This document shows, one piece after another, positions 24,501 to 60,941 of a DNA stretch of 64,000 bases; the first letter of the stretch is position 1; every line of letters begins with the position of its first letter. Source of the stretch: Amoebidium appalachense (lineage: Eukaryota > Protista > Ichthyosporea); the NCBI GenBank assembly GCA_963693365.1, contig CAVNZM010000001.1:11372161-11436160 (forward strand). Direction: 5' to 3'. Position numbers and translations under genes: made by a program. Under the pieces are notes generated by a model. The model saw only the letters and a list, made by a program, of their open reading frames with translations, did no database searches and was not told the DNA's origin.

Positions 24501-24680
24501 CTGTTTCGTTTTGCTTTTCTGTTTTGTGACGATGGAACAGAACTCGTAGAGCACCTCTTATCAGATTCCTTTTTTCATACTGTTTATCCCGAGAAATGAT
24601 TTCTCTTTCTGTAAGCTTATGTTTCTGGATGTTGGCGCTCAGAGAGAGCTAACATGGGTTAGTTGGTTGAGTGTGTTTTT

Positions 24681-24722
<42 letters not shown>

Positions 24723-26298
24723 GGTTAGCCTGACCGTATTGTGTGGGTTTAAAACGAAAGCAATCTCCCGTGTGTTTTCCGGGTATCATTTATTGTTGTG
24801 GTGGTTTTCTGTGCGTGTACATGTACACTACATACATCATTGATGAGTATGGTGCTAGGGAGACTGGTTGTGGATTCTTCCATGTTTTTCGAGTTTTTGC
24901 GCAGGTTGTTTATAGCACATGTGGCCTGGGGATGGGCACGAATGTTATGTCTCTCACTCAGTGTTTAGTTTGGTAGTTGTTGTTGATGCAAGTTACCCTT
25001 TCCATTATTGTATACGAGTACATGAATTTTGCTTTGCTAACAGGTTGTGCTGCGTTTTTGCGTTAGGGCCGTCCGGAGAGAGAGAGAGAGAGGGGGGGGG
25101 GGGGGGGGGGCTCTGTAAATCTGTGATGATCAAGCCAAATATGGGCAGTGTAAACCATCAAGCCAATGATCAGCGGAAATTATTTCTTTTGGGGTTTTTG
25201 TGTTTCTTCATTTGCGGCCACTACCCAAGGCTCCTATGTACGTCAGTGCAGTAGCAAATTTAATGCGATGGGTCGTGATTTCCTTTTTTTGAGTGTATAA
25301 TACTATCATGCATGATAAGAGAGGTGTGTACTGGTGACACTAAGGACTAATGAAAAGAAATGAAAAACACACAGAACAAATACGTTAGTGAGGAAGTGCG
25401 AATGTTGCCTGCAGCCGGGGTGGTTGTAAAAGAAACACAACATAGCCCCCGGTGCATTTACACACCATCTGATTGAAACATTTGCGTTTCGTGCAATGTA
25501 ATGTCTGCCCAAGCCTACTGCGCGCCATCTGGCGAACTAGTGATAACCCAAGATTCGGTCCCAACCAAATGGCGCAAAAAAAATTTTGGGATTCTTGGAT
25601 GGACCCAAACAGATCATCGAATTTCAGTTTACATAATAAACCACGAACGTGTGGTGTATGTGAACCGTAATCATAACGATGACAATGCACATATACATGT
25701 GACAGTGTGCGCATGCAGGCATGCCGGTTACCGAAAATAAATGTACTTCCCTTATCCGGCAGGCGCATCCGTCTATATTTTCTTTATTTTTTTTAAATGA
25801 TAATTAATTTTTTTTTATTACACGGCAGTACACGTCACACCCGGTTATAAATAAGCATGTCGTACAGTTGTCACAGTATCACACCAAATTTATAGGTGTA
25901 GGGAATTATCTACTTGTCCACCTATGCCCGCCGGGGCCAAATGGTGATAACGCCGGGACGGGTCAGAGCATCGGATATATTATATAGGTAGAATTTATAG
26001 AAATTTATAAAACAATAAAAAATTAGGAACATGGTGAACATCTCACCTCAGTTGAACCTTATTGTCACGTGTGTGAAGGTCCGCACGTGTATGCCATGCC
26101 GTTTCTTTGTACAACAAATGTAAATCCATAATTCTTAACCTACAGCAAAACACCATTCGACTTCTCCAATAAAAAAATACAGAATCCATGCCTTTAACAT
26201 TCACGCACTCGGTTCATCTGTGAACATGTCGACAACGCGCATTAATTAAAGAAACCACTCCCTTCAAAAATCTGTCACTAAAAGAAAGATGCCTACAT

Positions 26299-30386
<4,088 letters not shown>

Positions 30387-31131
30387 ACCTTCAACCTCCT
30401 TAGAATCGCAACCGAACGATGCAAAAGCCGCGCAGCAAAACTTCGGCTACGGTAGCAGTCAGCAGTGAAACAGAAAACTAAGTTGGCCGGCCCGGGCCGC
30501 TGCGCGATCGCGAAGCAGCGCGGGTGTGACGTAATGTTTACTGTACTCTGTTTGCGTAAATGTGCTACCATATTTAGGTAAAGACGTTACCCATTCCACT
30601 GATAGACCATATAAGGCAGGTAAGTTTACACTATGTGCAATAAGGCTACCTTTCGAATCATATGATCGGCTGATCATGCAACAGTACCAGCTCAGATCCG
30701 GAGGCCACACTCGGACACTCCGCACTCCGACGAGTGCCCGTTGCACCAAGGCCTCCTAAATAGCACACCATTTAGGAGGCCTTGCGTTGCACTGATCGCT
30801 GGGCGGCGTTTTGGATTTGATTCCGGCCATCGTCACATTGACCGCCGGCAGCGAGCGCCGCAATACAGAGAAGCCCTCTGCAGAAAATGCCACGCTGTGC
30901 CGCCAAATATTGAAGCAACACCACACGGGGGGGGGGGGGGGGGGGGAGGGGGGGAGCGAGAGTGCTCGAGAGGGAGGGATTGAGAGAGAGGGGGAGAGAG
31001 AGAGATGGGTAGGGAGATGTCCTGCGTCCGTGTGGCTCTCTCTCTCTCTCTCCCCCTCTCCCTCTCTCTCTCTCTCTCCCCCCCCCCCCCCCCCCTCTCT
31101 CTCACTCTCACTCTCTCACTCACTCACTCAC

Positions 31132-31170
<39 letters not shown>

Positions 31171-31690
31171 GTGTGTGTGTGTGTGTCTCTCTTTCTTAGT
31201 CTCTCTCTTTCTCTCTCAGGCTTCCCCCGACCCTCCCCCCCGGCCCCCCTCATCCCCCTCTCTCTCTCTCTCTCTCTCCCCGAGGCTCTCTCTCTCTCTC
31301 TCTCTCCTCCCCCCCCCCCCCCCCCCCCCCCCCCGAGGGTGTCTCTCTCTCTTTCAGTCTCTCTCTCTCCCCGACTTTCTCTCTCTCCCCGTGTGTGTGC
31401 AACACAGCGTGTGTGTATGTGTGTATGTGTGTGTGTGTGTGTGTGCGGTGTGCGTGGACGTGTGTGTGCGTGTGCGTGCGCGCGCATGTGTGTGCTCGTG
31501 AGTGTGCGCGTACGTGCGTGTGTGTGAGTGCATGCATTATTAGTGCATGCGTGCATGCGTGTTTGCGTGCGTGCGTGCGTGCGTGCGTGTGCATGTGCCC
31601 ATACTACACGTGCGCGCGCGTGTGCGTGCGTTCGTGCGTGCGTGCGTGTGCGCCCGCGCACGCGTGTGTGTAGTATGCCACTGTGTGTGT

Positions 31691-31801
<111 letters not shown>

Positions 31802-32157
31802 ACAATGTGTGTGTTAATATTGCAATCTTTTTTTAGGCCCCCCGGCCACAGGGAGCACAAACAGGCAAACTTTCTGACACCGTATAACGGTACGTATGAT
31901 CATAATTGACTGTCAGAACACACAGCCGGATCATAGCATATGAACAGAGAACGTACACACGTATACCGTGGTCGGGTAGTAAATCCCATTCAACGAGTAG
32001 GCTGTGCTGAATGGGCCTGCCCCCCCCCCTCCCCCCCCCCCCCCCCCCCCCCGCCCCTTCCTTCCCTGGCCCTTTGTAATGCAGTATAATAGCAGCAACA
32101 CGTGCGCGTGCATGCACACACACACGCGTGCACACACACACACACACAGACACACAG

Positions 32158-32192
<35 letters not shown>

Positions 32193-32261
32193 TACACACA
32201 CACACACACGCACACACACACACACACACACACAAATGATGTCACATACACCTTGAAGTTC

Positions 32262-32294
<33 letters not shown>

Positions 32295-32837
32295 ATCGGC
32301 ACACCGGCACACGTGCACACACCACGCACACACCGTGGCACACATCTACTAATAAAAACTTTACAGTTGGTTCTGCTTGGGGGGGGCACGCCTGTCGAGC
32401 CTGTAGATTTTGGCTTATGTAAAATGCTTTCGTGTGTTGTTGTGTGTGTGTATAACGGATATACTGGGGGAGAGAAGTAGAAAAGAGAATAAAGCCACCC
32501 ATAGCCTCCGGTTCTACCACATTAGCTAACAGGTTACACATTGATAGATATGCATCCGCGAGTAAACCGCCCCCCACACATATTACACATACGAGCACCC
32601 ACATATTACATATACGAGCAGGAGACACCAAAAACCGATTACAACGCCAAGACAAAATCATCTTTGCATATTTATACGATACAACATCATGAATAAACGA
32701 ATCTATATAGGAGCGAGATTGTCTAAACGTATCCGCCATATAGGCTACTAGTAGTTGGTGTTTTCCTCGGTTGGGAATCAACCCAAACTCTCGGTCACGT
32801 GACCTCCAAACCAAACTAAGTGAGCGGTTTGGGAAGG

Positions 32838-32885
32838 AGATGTCAATGTTCTGAAGTTTGAGATGTCAATGTTCTGAAGTTTGAA
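32838..32885. repeat. Perfect 23-bp tandem duplication
   Basis: gagatgtcaatgttctgaagttt x2. Confidence 0.85.
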
Positions 32886-33233
32886 TTACTAGGCTAACTA
32901 ACGGAAAGGCTGAGGCTTCACACGAAAGTCTTCGATGGTTGTTACTGTAGTATTATTCTAGTATGTATGCATGGCGTTCTTCAAACCCGACAAATCACTG
33001 TCAGGGCTGTTTTTGCATCATCATTGAACAACTATATAACCCCCGAAAGTCATGCAGAGGCGTGTCAAGCGAAAGGGACCAAATTAATTAAGCTGTTCTG
33101 TTTATGTAAAAGTCCTCCTTATTATTTTCTCTTAATGCGCACATGAAGCGAGACCCGAATTCTTCCTCTTATGTAAAAATTACCTGGAGATTCAGATAAA
33201 TCACAAAAACATCAGAACACGCACCATTTCAAG

Positions 33234-43596
<10,363 letters not shown>

Positions 43597-44692
43597 TTTC
43601 ATCTTTGAATTTGAACGTCTATATTTTTTCTCTTTGCTGTTTTATGTGTGGCTCTCTAAAAAACCCCTTGACACTTTTCATGTATATGTTAGTGTTGACA
43701 ATGTTTGTGCTCCCTTAAAAAATTCTTTCTTTCTTCTTTTTTTTTTTTAATTTTTTTTTGGATTGTGTGTGGGGGAGTGGAGGTGGAACGGTTGGTCTTG
43801 TGCGTTAAGGAGAGGGTCTTAGTTAGTTACCGCGATGCATATGTATGTTCTGCCGCCTTTCCAATTTTAGGTTTTGTATTTTATGCCACATATATATCCA
43901 AATGAACTGACTGTATGAATAATATATCCAACTACAGACGTCATTTAGGAATATCCTTGCATGCGTGCGCAGTGTCTGTACGCACTACCCAATATACGGG
44001 TGTGTGCATTTCACAATAGACGCGTCTGGATATATTTCCCAAAATAAAGCAATAGACATTGTGCACGTATACTCATGCATACATGTGCGAACCCCCCCCC
44101 ACACCCACACACATGTCCACGTAGTACTACTGTGTGTGTGTGTGTGCGTGTGTGTGTGTGTGTGTATGTGTGTGTGTGGTGGTGGCCATGGTGGTGGTGG
44201 TGGCGGGGGGGGGGGGGGGGGGGGGGGAGGGAGGGGGGGAGGCAGGAGGGGCAATAGAAGCAGGGGTGCACACCGAACTTTTCCCTGATCTTAAATTTTC
44301 ATGTGATCAAGAGCAGTTGATTTTCAAAAATGGCGCTTACAGCGAATGTTGTCACAGACACACATTCCAACACTAGCGGAGAAAGAACGGCACATAAGAA
44401 ATTTCAAGGATTTCACGTGTAGGTGAAACACTAAAAAATCTGATGTACTTTAATGTATAAAAGCAATTGAACTAAAAATTTACAATGCCGGGCCTGCCTC
44501 TCCCTTTTATACGCCTATTGAAAAACGGGACCGAAGCAAATAACGAAAAACATCGAAATAAGAAAATGGCACAAAATGTACACATCATTTACAAGCAAAA
44601 CACCCAAGAATAAATGGCAAGGGTTTTGGTACGTACCAAAAACGCTCGTAAAAATCCCCCGAATTTCCACTCCTGTCTATCCCATATATATC

Positions 44693-52371
<7,679 letters not shown>

Positions 52372-52932
52372 GTGTTCTCAATGACGAGAATCAGCGTGAC
52401 TGTGCCGCTGCAAATCCTGTACTCCGCTAACGGTTGAAGATGGCGAAAATGATGGTACAGGTGAGAGGTCCTAACTAGCCAAAATGGCTTAGGACGTGCG
52501 GATGCCAGGCGTCACATGTGCAGGAATGACAAAGTATGTGCCGCTGTGTCCTCATATCACAGTATATACATGCCTACATGCACACAAGTCTACTGAGTCT
52601 CGCACAATGGCACATGTGACCATGCGATGGGTACTCGAGGTTGGCGCCAAAATTTGGCGGAGGATGACGTCATCACTGGGAAAATCTGTCACGGATCGAG
52701 TCCCCCGGCCCGCAGCCCCGGCACCACTAATAATAACAATAATAATAACCCCTCCCCCCTCCCCCACCACCCACCCCCCCACCCACCCACCCACCCCACC
52801 CGGGGCCCCCGTGGCACACAGGCCCCACCCCAGCCCCATCTCCGAAGAAAAGAATAAGAGAGATGGGGGGGGGGGGGGGGGGGGGAGGGGGGAGGGGGGG
52901 GCACGTAGGAGCTATGTATGTAAAAGAACTTT

Positions 52933-52982
<50 letters not shown>

Positions 52983-53057
52983 GAATAAACGTGATGGTTG
53001 AAGTGGGGTGTTGATGGCCTGTATTGACATTCACCAGTTACACACGGCGAGTAAATG

Positions 53058-53157
53058 TAATTTAATTGAATAATTAGTAACGCAATTTGGATCAAGTTAG
53101 CAACGTAATTTAATTGAATAATTAGCAACGTAATTGAATTGAATAATTAGCAACGTA
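53058..53157. repeat. AT-rich 25-bp minisatellite, ~4 copies
   Basis: Unit taatttaattgaataattagcaacg. Confidence 0.85.
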
Positions 53158-53781
53158 AGAGCACTAGCTCCCTTTTGGCCTGAGATATCGATAGTGGTGC
53201 CGGTTCTCCTCTGAATCAAAAGGTTAAAGTTTGAAAAATTTCCAATCCAATATTGGCGCTAAATTCCCGGGCACATCATCAAGCTATCTAAGAGACTATC
53301 TCTTTGTGTCTATGGTGAGTGTACTATATATCCATTTTTAGCCCTGTCTGATGCCCCGGTCTAAAGAAAATTATATATCATCGGGTAGGTTTTTATGAGA
53401 TGTACACCTGACCATGCACACTGATGCATGTTCCCCTAGCAAGTATCAGAGTCAAGCAAAAAGCCGTGAAAAAACTAAATGAAAAGCCGTGTTTTTTTAG
53501 GAGAAGAAGAGAAATATCTAAAATTCCCAAATGTTTCTTGCGCTGCGAATCGCAGTGACTTTTCTGCATCCTTTCCGATGGTCTGAGAGTGGTCCCACAA
53601 ACAATGTAAAAGCCACATATTTCCACAATATTCTAGCTTTACATGCAATATCCCCATATCTAAATATGTAAACTCAAATTTCATTCTCTCAGCTGGTATT
53701 TTTCCAAAATGGCGAGCGTAATTACTTAGCAACATTAAAGTACAGATACAAAACTTAAATTGTTACCTAAAAAGGAGATTG

Positions 53782-54523
53782 TCACCTAAAGCCAGTCCAG
53801 CAGAAAGGGGTAGCCTGATTTTCTTTCCCTTTTTCTTCCTCACCCCCGTATCTCCAGACCGAAGTGCCCTGAGCGGGCTCGACAAAAACCCCCTCCCCGT
53901 TCAATTTTCTCCGCTCACTCAACGGGGAAGATCCAGGAGAACGATGCCCCCAAATGCTCGACATTTGGTGCGATTTTGCGTAACCGCCATAAACCCCCCT
54001 GGGGTCACCCTGTCCAGCAAATGTCCCCCTCCTTTGCATGAAAATTTCTTTTTTCTGGGCCTCTCCCACGCTTGCAGATTTCGCTCTAAGTCTCCCCAGA
54101 CTTCTCCCGGAGCCCAACTTTGTTTGCTCACCCGTGGGTTCCGAAATGTTTCTTGCCAAATTTAGAAGGTACTTTCTCGCGACGGATGCCGCTATTTGCC
54201 CGTCCCTGTCCAACTCTTCCCGTGTCTGAGCCCCCTTGCTTTCGTTAAGTTGCTTAAAGTCGCTGGTGGATAACTTTGCTCCATCTAGCTCAGCTATTTT
54301 CAGAACCTGTCGGTGCCGGGGTTTTTTCATTTTTGGTGATACTTTTGCAGGGGGGTCGTTTGCAACTGCTGTGGTATTTCCCTTCTCAAGCTGCTCGTCC
54401 AAGTGAGATAAGAGGTGAGATATACCTTTCTCATGTGAAATTTCGGTTATCCCTCCCACTTGGGTGGCACACGGGCTTGGTAATCCCGGTAGACCAACCG
54501 AATTTGAGGTAGAGATAGTGGCA
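53782..54523 (-). CDS. Large probable terminal exon of a hypothetical protein; upstream exons probably in 57.5-59.9 kb, not resolved
   Basis: ~245 open codons of non-repetitive sequence after a ctgcag acceptor (AG at 54525-54524); a candidate upstream exon ending at gtgagt near 57500 fits the phase. No family recognised. Confidence 0.5.
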
Positions 54524-54698
54524 CTGCAGATATACCGAAAAGGGCACTAGTTAGTCACGTGCACACGTTGCACACTTGAGGGGGGAAGAGGCCAGGAATG
54601 GGGAAACACAACACATTGCAGGGAAGTTTGAAAGAGCGTGAGGTGTTTGGGAGGAGGGGGGGGGGAGGGGGGAGGGGGGGGGGGGGGGATAAGAACGT
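54506..54698. repeat. ~195-bp direct repeat, copy 1 (copy 2 at 56846-57044)
   Basis: gaggtagag.tagtggcactgcaga.ataccgaaaagggcactagttagtcacgtgcacacg...gataagaacgt is highly similar in both places. Confidence 0.9.
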
Positions 54699-54915
54699 TA
54701 TGGTTGGTCTGAGAGAGAGTTGATTTCAGTGGTAGTGTTATGCAGACGTACGGAGGAGGAGGAGAAGGAGGAGGAGGGGGGGGGGAGGGGGGAGGAGGGG
54801 GGAGGGGAGGGAGAAGGGGTTAACGGGCAAGTGTAGGGAGGGAGAAAGAAGGTAAGACGGGGAGGGGAGTTAGGGGGTGGTGAAAGGGGGAGACGGGTGG
54901 GGTGGGGTGTGGCCG

Positions 54916-55002
<87 letters not shown>

Positions 55003-55595
55003 TGGGGAGGGGGGAGGGGGGAGGGGGGGAGGGGGAAGAAAGAACAGCAAAGTGTGTGGGTGAGACCAAAGGGGCTGTAATTTCACCCGCGCTGGGGGCG
55101 CGGGGGGGGGGGGGGGGGGGGAGGGGGGTATTGTCTGTTATTTTCTGTACAGCACTTGGAAACAAGGGCACATACAGTGAAAAGCATATCACAGGAAAGG
55201 GATAAAACTGATGTTCAACTGACGAATTTTTCTCTCGGTGGGGGTGGGGGGGGGGGGGGGGGGGGGTAGTGAGGTTGGTGGTGTGTAGGGGGTTGGGGGG
55301 GGGGGAGGGGGGGGGGGGGGGTAGGCTGAGTAAGAAGAAGCCATAGCACCCAGATGGATCAAAGTTTAAGGTGAGAGGGGGACGGAGAAGCACTTGGAGG
55401 AAGGGGGGTGGGGGGAGGCGGGAGGGAGGGCAGGGGAGGCCGGAAAGCAGGGGGGGGTAGGGGTGGGGGGGGGTATTTCTGTGGCTGGTGGTCCTTTGCA
55501 TCCGATGGTTGCTTGGATGCACCTAGAACACCGTGGCTTTATGTTGATGCATGTGTATGCAAAGGAGAGAGAGAGATAGAGAAAGAGAGAGAGGG

Positions 55596-55649
<54 letters not shown>

Positions 55650-55772
55650 GAGAGGGGAGGGAAAGAGAGAGAGAGAGTGTGTGTGCGTGTGTGCGTGTGC
55701 ACATACACTGTGCATACCGTGCGCCCGTGTGTGTGTGTGCGTGCAAGCGTGTGCGCGCGCGCGCGCGCGCGC

Positions 55773-55817
<45 letters not shown>

Positions 55818-55918
55818 TGTGCATGTGTGTGTGCGTGTGTGTGGGTGTGTGGGTGTGTGCGTGCGTGTGTGTGTGTTATTGTGTTTGTATGTTCGTGCCT
55901 GTAGGGGGAGGGGGGGTT

Positions 55919-56260
55919 TTGAATGCGGAACACGGTACAAAGTACGCATACACGACGAGAAGCATGGTGCAGGACACATGCAAAGGCAAACATTCAAGTA
56001 TGCAACATCAGCCATGTGCACAGTATGCGTCATAAGCAGAGCCCATCCTCAGGGAGGACCCAAGTCATCAATTGCGTCTGAGTTTCGACCCCTTAGCCCG
56101 CGTATATACGACACTCCAACTCAGACAGCAGCATCAACTGAGCTTGGGCGGGTCAACCCGTCTTGATCAAAGACGAGCAGGGTTGCTTATGCAAGCAAGG
56201 TGAGCAAAACGGTGAAGATGTGTGTGCAAACTAATGCAGTGCAGCGAAAAATGTGTATGT
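55919..56260 (-). mobile_element. Poly(C)-associated element copy 3, lacking ~60 nt at the variable end
   Basis: Near-identical to 5614-5955; G-rich flanks. Confidence 0.9.
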
Positions 56261-56654
56261 AGGGGGAGGGGGGAGGGGAAGAGGGACAGAGTAGGGGGAG
56301 GGAAGGAAGGGGGGGAGGGGGGAGGGGAGAGGGGGGAAGGGGGGCAGGGGGGGGGGGGGGGAGGCCAGGTACCTGTGTTTTTGAGTGTTCTGACAAGAGT
56401 ATGGGGACGGTACCATCCACCGAGCAAAGAGGAAAGTGGTGGCCGCAATAACGAAACAACTGCAAAGATGGAATTGTAAGTGTGTGCCACGGATGTGTGC
56501 AAGTGCGTGTATGTGTCCGATGTGTCTGAGCTGTGGGGCATGCTGGTGCGCTTGTGTGTGTGAGAACTTGCATACACGTGTAAGCCTTGTGCGATTGTGT
56601 GTGTGAGTGACGGCGAGAGAAAGAGGGGGGAGGGGGAGGGGGGGGGGGGGGGGG

Positions 56655-56713
<59 letters not shown>

Positions 56714-56845
56714 GAGTGTGTGTGTGTGTGTGTGCGCGCGCGCGCGTGTGTGTGTGTGTGCTTGTGTGTGTGTGTGCGTGGTGTGGTGATGGGGAGTACA
56801 CACACGCACGGACACCGACACACGCACACACACACCACCCCCTAA

Positions 56846-57003
56846 GAGGTAGAGTTAGTGGCACTGCAGACATACCGAAAAGGGCACTAGTTAGTCACGT
56901 GCACACGTTGCACACTTGCACGCTTGAGAGGGGAAGAGGCCAGGAATAGGGAAATACAACACATTGCAGGGAAGGTTGAAAGAGCGTGAGGTGTTTGGGA
57001 GAA

Positions 57004-57035
<32 letters not shown>

Positions 57036-57044
57036 TAAGAACGT
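56846..57044. repeat. ~195-bp direct repeat, copy 2
   Basis: Matches 54506-54698, including the minus-strand acceptor and first ~18 exon nucleotides. Confidence 0.9.
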
Positions 57045-58868
57045 CCCCCTCCTCACTACCAGCACTCCTTTCTATCCCCTCCTTCCCTTCCCCCCCCCTC
57101 CCCCCCCCTTTCCCTAACCTTTGTGTCCTCACATGTCGTGCCAGTCGACCACAGCACCCTCGAGCTCACGACTTTCATTCAACCGTGCACCTTTTCTTTT
57201 AAGACTTGTGCACCTTTTCTTCTAAGACTTCTCTTCTCTTTTCTTTTTTTTTTTTTTTATCTTGCTACATAATATGCCTGTAGCTGACACCATGGGATTT
57301 ATGTGGACACATCACTACGAACTAGCCTAAATGAGGGTAATATGCCGAATAGAGGCGATGTCTTTACATAATGATCACATTCCTAACCCCTACCTGCCTC
57401 CCTCGATACTCTTTCTCCTGAACGTCTCTTTCCCTTTAAAAATGTGCTTACATTATGTATGCATAACAGGTCTAGGTACACGGCATTGAGACCACACTCA
57501 CCTTATAGCTAGAATGATTGCTGAGGAATCGCCTGCCCAGGCACCGGCCAACTGTTGGTTGTCCATGGGGAGCAACGGTTAATGTTTTTTTTTTTGCCTC
57601 GCTGGTACTTGCAGTAAGGATAAAAGAAGGGAAGAGTAGACTGGAGAGGATGACTTTACAGTACAATGGGCTTTGTAAGAGAAGAGGAAACAGGGGAAGC
57701 GAATATGGAACTTGCAGTTATCGATACTTTTGTTTTTGTACGAAGCATGCGTAGCAGCTACAGATAGTAAATGTGTTTATGTGCGTGTGAAGTTACAATC
57801 GGGTTGCAACTTGGCAATTTCTGTGATGGGTGTCGCGAGAGCTAACCGTGAAGTCCCGTCGATTGTAGTTGAAAATGCGAACTCACATCAAACAAAATGA
57901 AATTGCCATAATTAAACTTCTTCTGACAGAAAGTGAGACGGTGAACTCAGAAGTTCAACTTGCAAGCGTGAGACTCCTACAACTGTACGTTACAGTTGAC
58001 ATGGCCCTGCGGCCCCTGCCCAAGCTTGCTGCAAGGCCTCCAGGACTCCTGGCCTTGGCTTCCTGGCAGCTATCACCCTACACCAACAGCAAAGGGGGTT
58101 GCATCACAGCCACCTAGTCTGTAAAAAGAGTTGTAGTGTTGTTCTGCCGAATTTTGGTACTGAAAATATTTTTATGTTCTAACTATAGTGTAAAAAAATG
58201 TTATATTATAAATAGAGACTGCGTTTGCACTATAAAAGAATACTATCTATCTGTGCTAGTTGAAAAAGGATTCATTGACAATCAAACTGAGGGGTGGGCT
58301 TGCACTTGTGGGTATTGTATTTTTAAACAAAGACTCTTAGGAATGTGCAAAAAAACGTTGTCATTGGCTAAGAAAATCGTATTTCAGGGCTCGAAATCCT
58401 CTTGGCCTCGAGGCCCCCGAGTTCCACAGGCAGACAGGGTCACCCTGGGATGGGCCCTACTACAACTCAGTGTGTCCTCCTGCGCCCTGGCTCTGGACAT
58501 TGCTGATGAAAAATCTGCCCGTGTTTAAGCGCTAATATGGCCTTATTTCTGTGCATCATCTGTGAGACAGGGCTATATCACCTTCGGAATGACTACATCT
58601 CGTTTGGGGGCACCAAAAAGAGCTCGAATTTCGAAAGCAGATGAGAGTCGATTTGCAGTCACAGAGATCCATGGCTGGTGAGAAGTAAGTCTCTTAAAGC
58701 CGGAATATGGTAGAATAAGGAAAGAAGCAGGAAAGCATGCCTCATGATTATGAAGAGGCAAAACGATCTTCGTAGGGAATAACAGGCTGAAGAGACTACG
58801 TAGTGACTGTCGTCTCTCTATCATCCCCTTCCCCACCCCCTCCCCCTTCCCCCCGGAGCACACATACA

Positions 58869-58915
<47 letters not shown>

Positions 58916-59452
58916 ACACACACACTCACACACAACCACGGTCTGAGATCTTCCAGTGTCTTTTGCCTCTGCCATTAACGTATACGCAAATCAACCGTTA
59001 CATATGTATGCTGGTTAAGTGGGTTAGAAACAGCAGCTAAACAAACAGTTTCTGTGAAAACCACATAGACCTGCACCGTAGAAACTCTTGAACACCCACT
59101 GGGGTTTACTTTTTCGTACAAACTTAACACGCATGTGACGCAAGCAAGCACACACCGAGCCCTCTGAAAAAGGGGGTATGAAGACACAAACTACTAGTAA
59201 GGTGCATGTGCATGAAAATGGACTGGCGTTTCTGCACGCGCACACGTGTGCCTTGACACATACCTATCTACCTCACATGCCTGCACACACACACACACCC
59301 GTGGGCAACAGACATAACTACACATCATATTGACTGTAGACGTGACAAAGATGTTCTTGTACACACCCTGGAACAAGCGCACACACGTGCGTCCAGAGGA
59401 CACTCACATGCATACGCACACAAACACACGCGCGCGCACACGCACGCATACA

Positions 59453-59499
<47 letters not shown>

Positions 59500-60941
59500 C
59501 ACGCACACACATGCACGCACGCACGCACGCACACACATACACACACCGCGCACACACGCACAGCTATAGAACTCGGGGATATGCTCACAGGGTGGCACGG
59601 TATGTTATTGTTATGGTTTACACGGTCTATATATTTGTGGAGCATCAGCCAGGAGAGCCCAAGGGACCACCTGTCAGTGAAGTGTGCGTGCACGGCTAAC
59701 TGCGCCATCCAGCTGGCGCAGCCACAGACAATGACACGGTTTCAGCCACACGGGCGTGAAACGATTGTGCTGCAGAGGGATGCTACTGCTTCGTGTCAGC
59801 GACCACCATCTGACTGTTTCGACTGTATGGCACCTAATAATAAATAAATACGGGTGATGCAGTGTGACGCTGTTTATGGCACGGCAAGCGTTTTGACTTG
59901 AACCTTGGCAAGTTACAACACGGTGACAAATACTATTGTTATAGGAGGAACATACGCATAAACACACACTGCGTGTGTGCCGCACGGTGTGGGGGGCGCA
60001 CGCCTGGTCTGCAGATCAGCTGAGGCTCGCAGCTGATCCCGGCGATGCGCACGTTCCGGGTCCGGGATCATCTCAGAATATGCAACTTGCAGAGAGAGCT
60101 AAGCAGAGATATAAGAGCTATGGTCAGTTGTGGTTTTTAGAAACTATAATTCAAATAATACTTAATATTTTTTTGAAAGGGGAATATTCTGTGAAGTATA
60201 GACCTTATTTTTCTTTCTTGCGAACATCTGATCGAGGGGCTTCCGCCTGCCGGACACCGCTCCCGGCGCTCACGTGTATGATCTCCCCGATAAATAAACA
60301 ACAGTACTGTGAGTTTATTGGCTACAAATCATATAGTTCCTTCTACGCTAGTGGTCAACCGCACCCATGCTGAAACCTACCACCGGACGAACCGTAATTG
60401 CCTATATTACATGTGTGATCTGGGCTCAACATTGTGTCACTTTTTAAACATTAAACTTTTAAACTCTTTAAACACGATTTTGCAATATATGATTAGACCA
60501 CGACATCTTTCCTCAGTCGTCATTCATACAGATTGTCGCCGTTTAGAGCAGTCACATGGAAACGAGTATAAGCTAGTGAGCTGCTCCGCTCATTTTGCAA
60601 CAAAGCCCGCCGCCCAGCCATTCAACTGTCCTGTTTTCACCCACGTCGGCCCCCAACCGTACGTGGGTTTTTCGTTTTTTTTTTTCGTTTCTCTTTGCAA
60701 GGTCATAATTTTTACCTCTTATTTCGAAGATTGTTTTTCTGTTCGCCCTTTGAGGGACTAGACAAGACATACGAACGTATACACAAGAAGTGGACGGACA
60801 GGATCGTACGAACCGCCCAGAAAATCAACCAATTTTTGGTGAGAAAAACTCGAAGAAACCCACGTTTGCAAAGCAACGTAGTGACTTCTACTTGTCCCCT
60901 CACTCCCTTCTATTCTGTTCTTTTTAATATTAGTATCAAAC

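Noticed and set aside
53165-53215. Weak resemblance to the U2 snRNA 5' end (ccttttggc..agat..tagt..gttct)
   Set aside because: Branch-pairing GUAGUA and stem I are not intact; similarity too patchy.
57480-59900. Additional exons of the minus-strand hypothetical gene
   Set aside because: Candidate splice sites exist, but no unique in-frame chain or recognisable domain could be built by eye.
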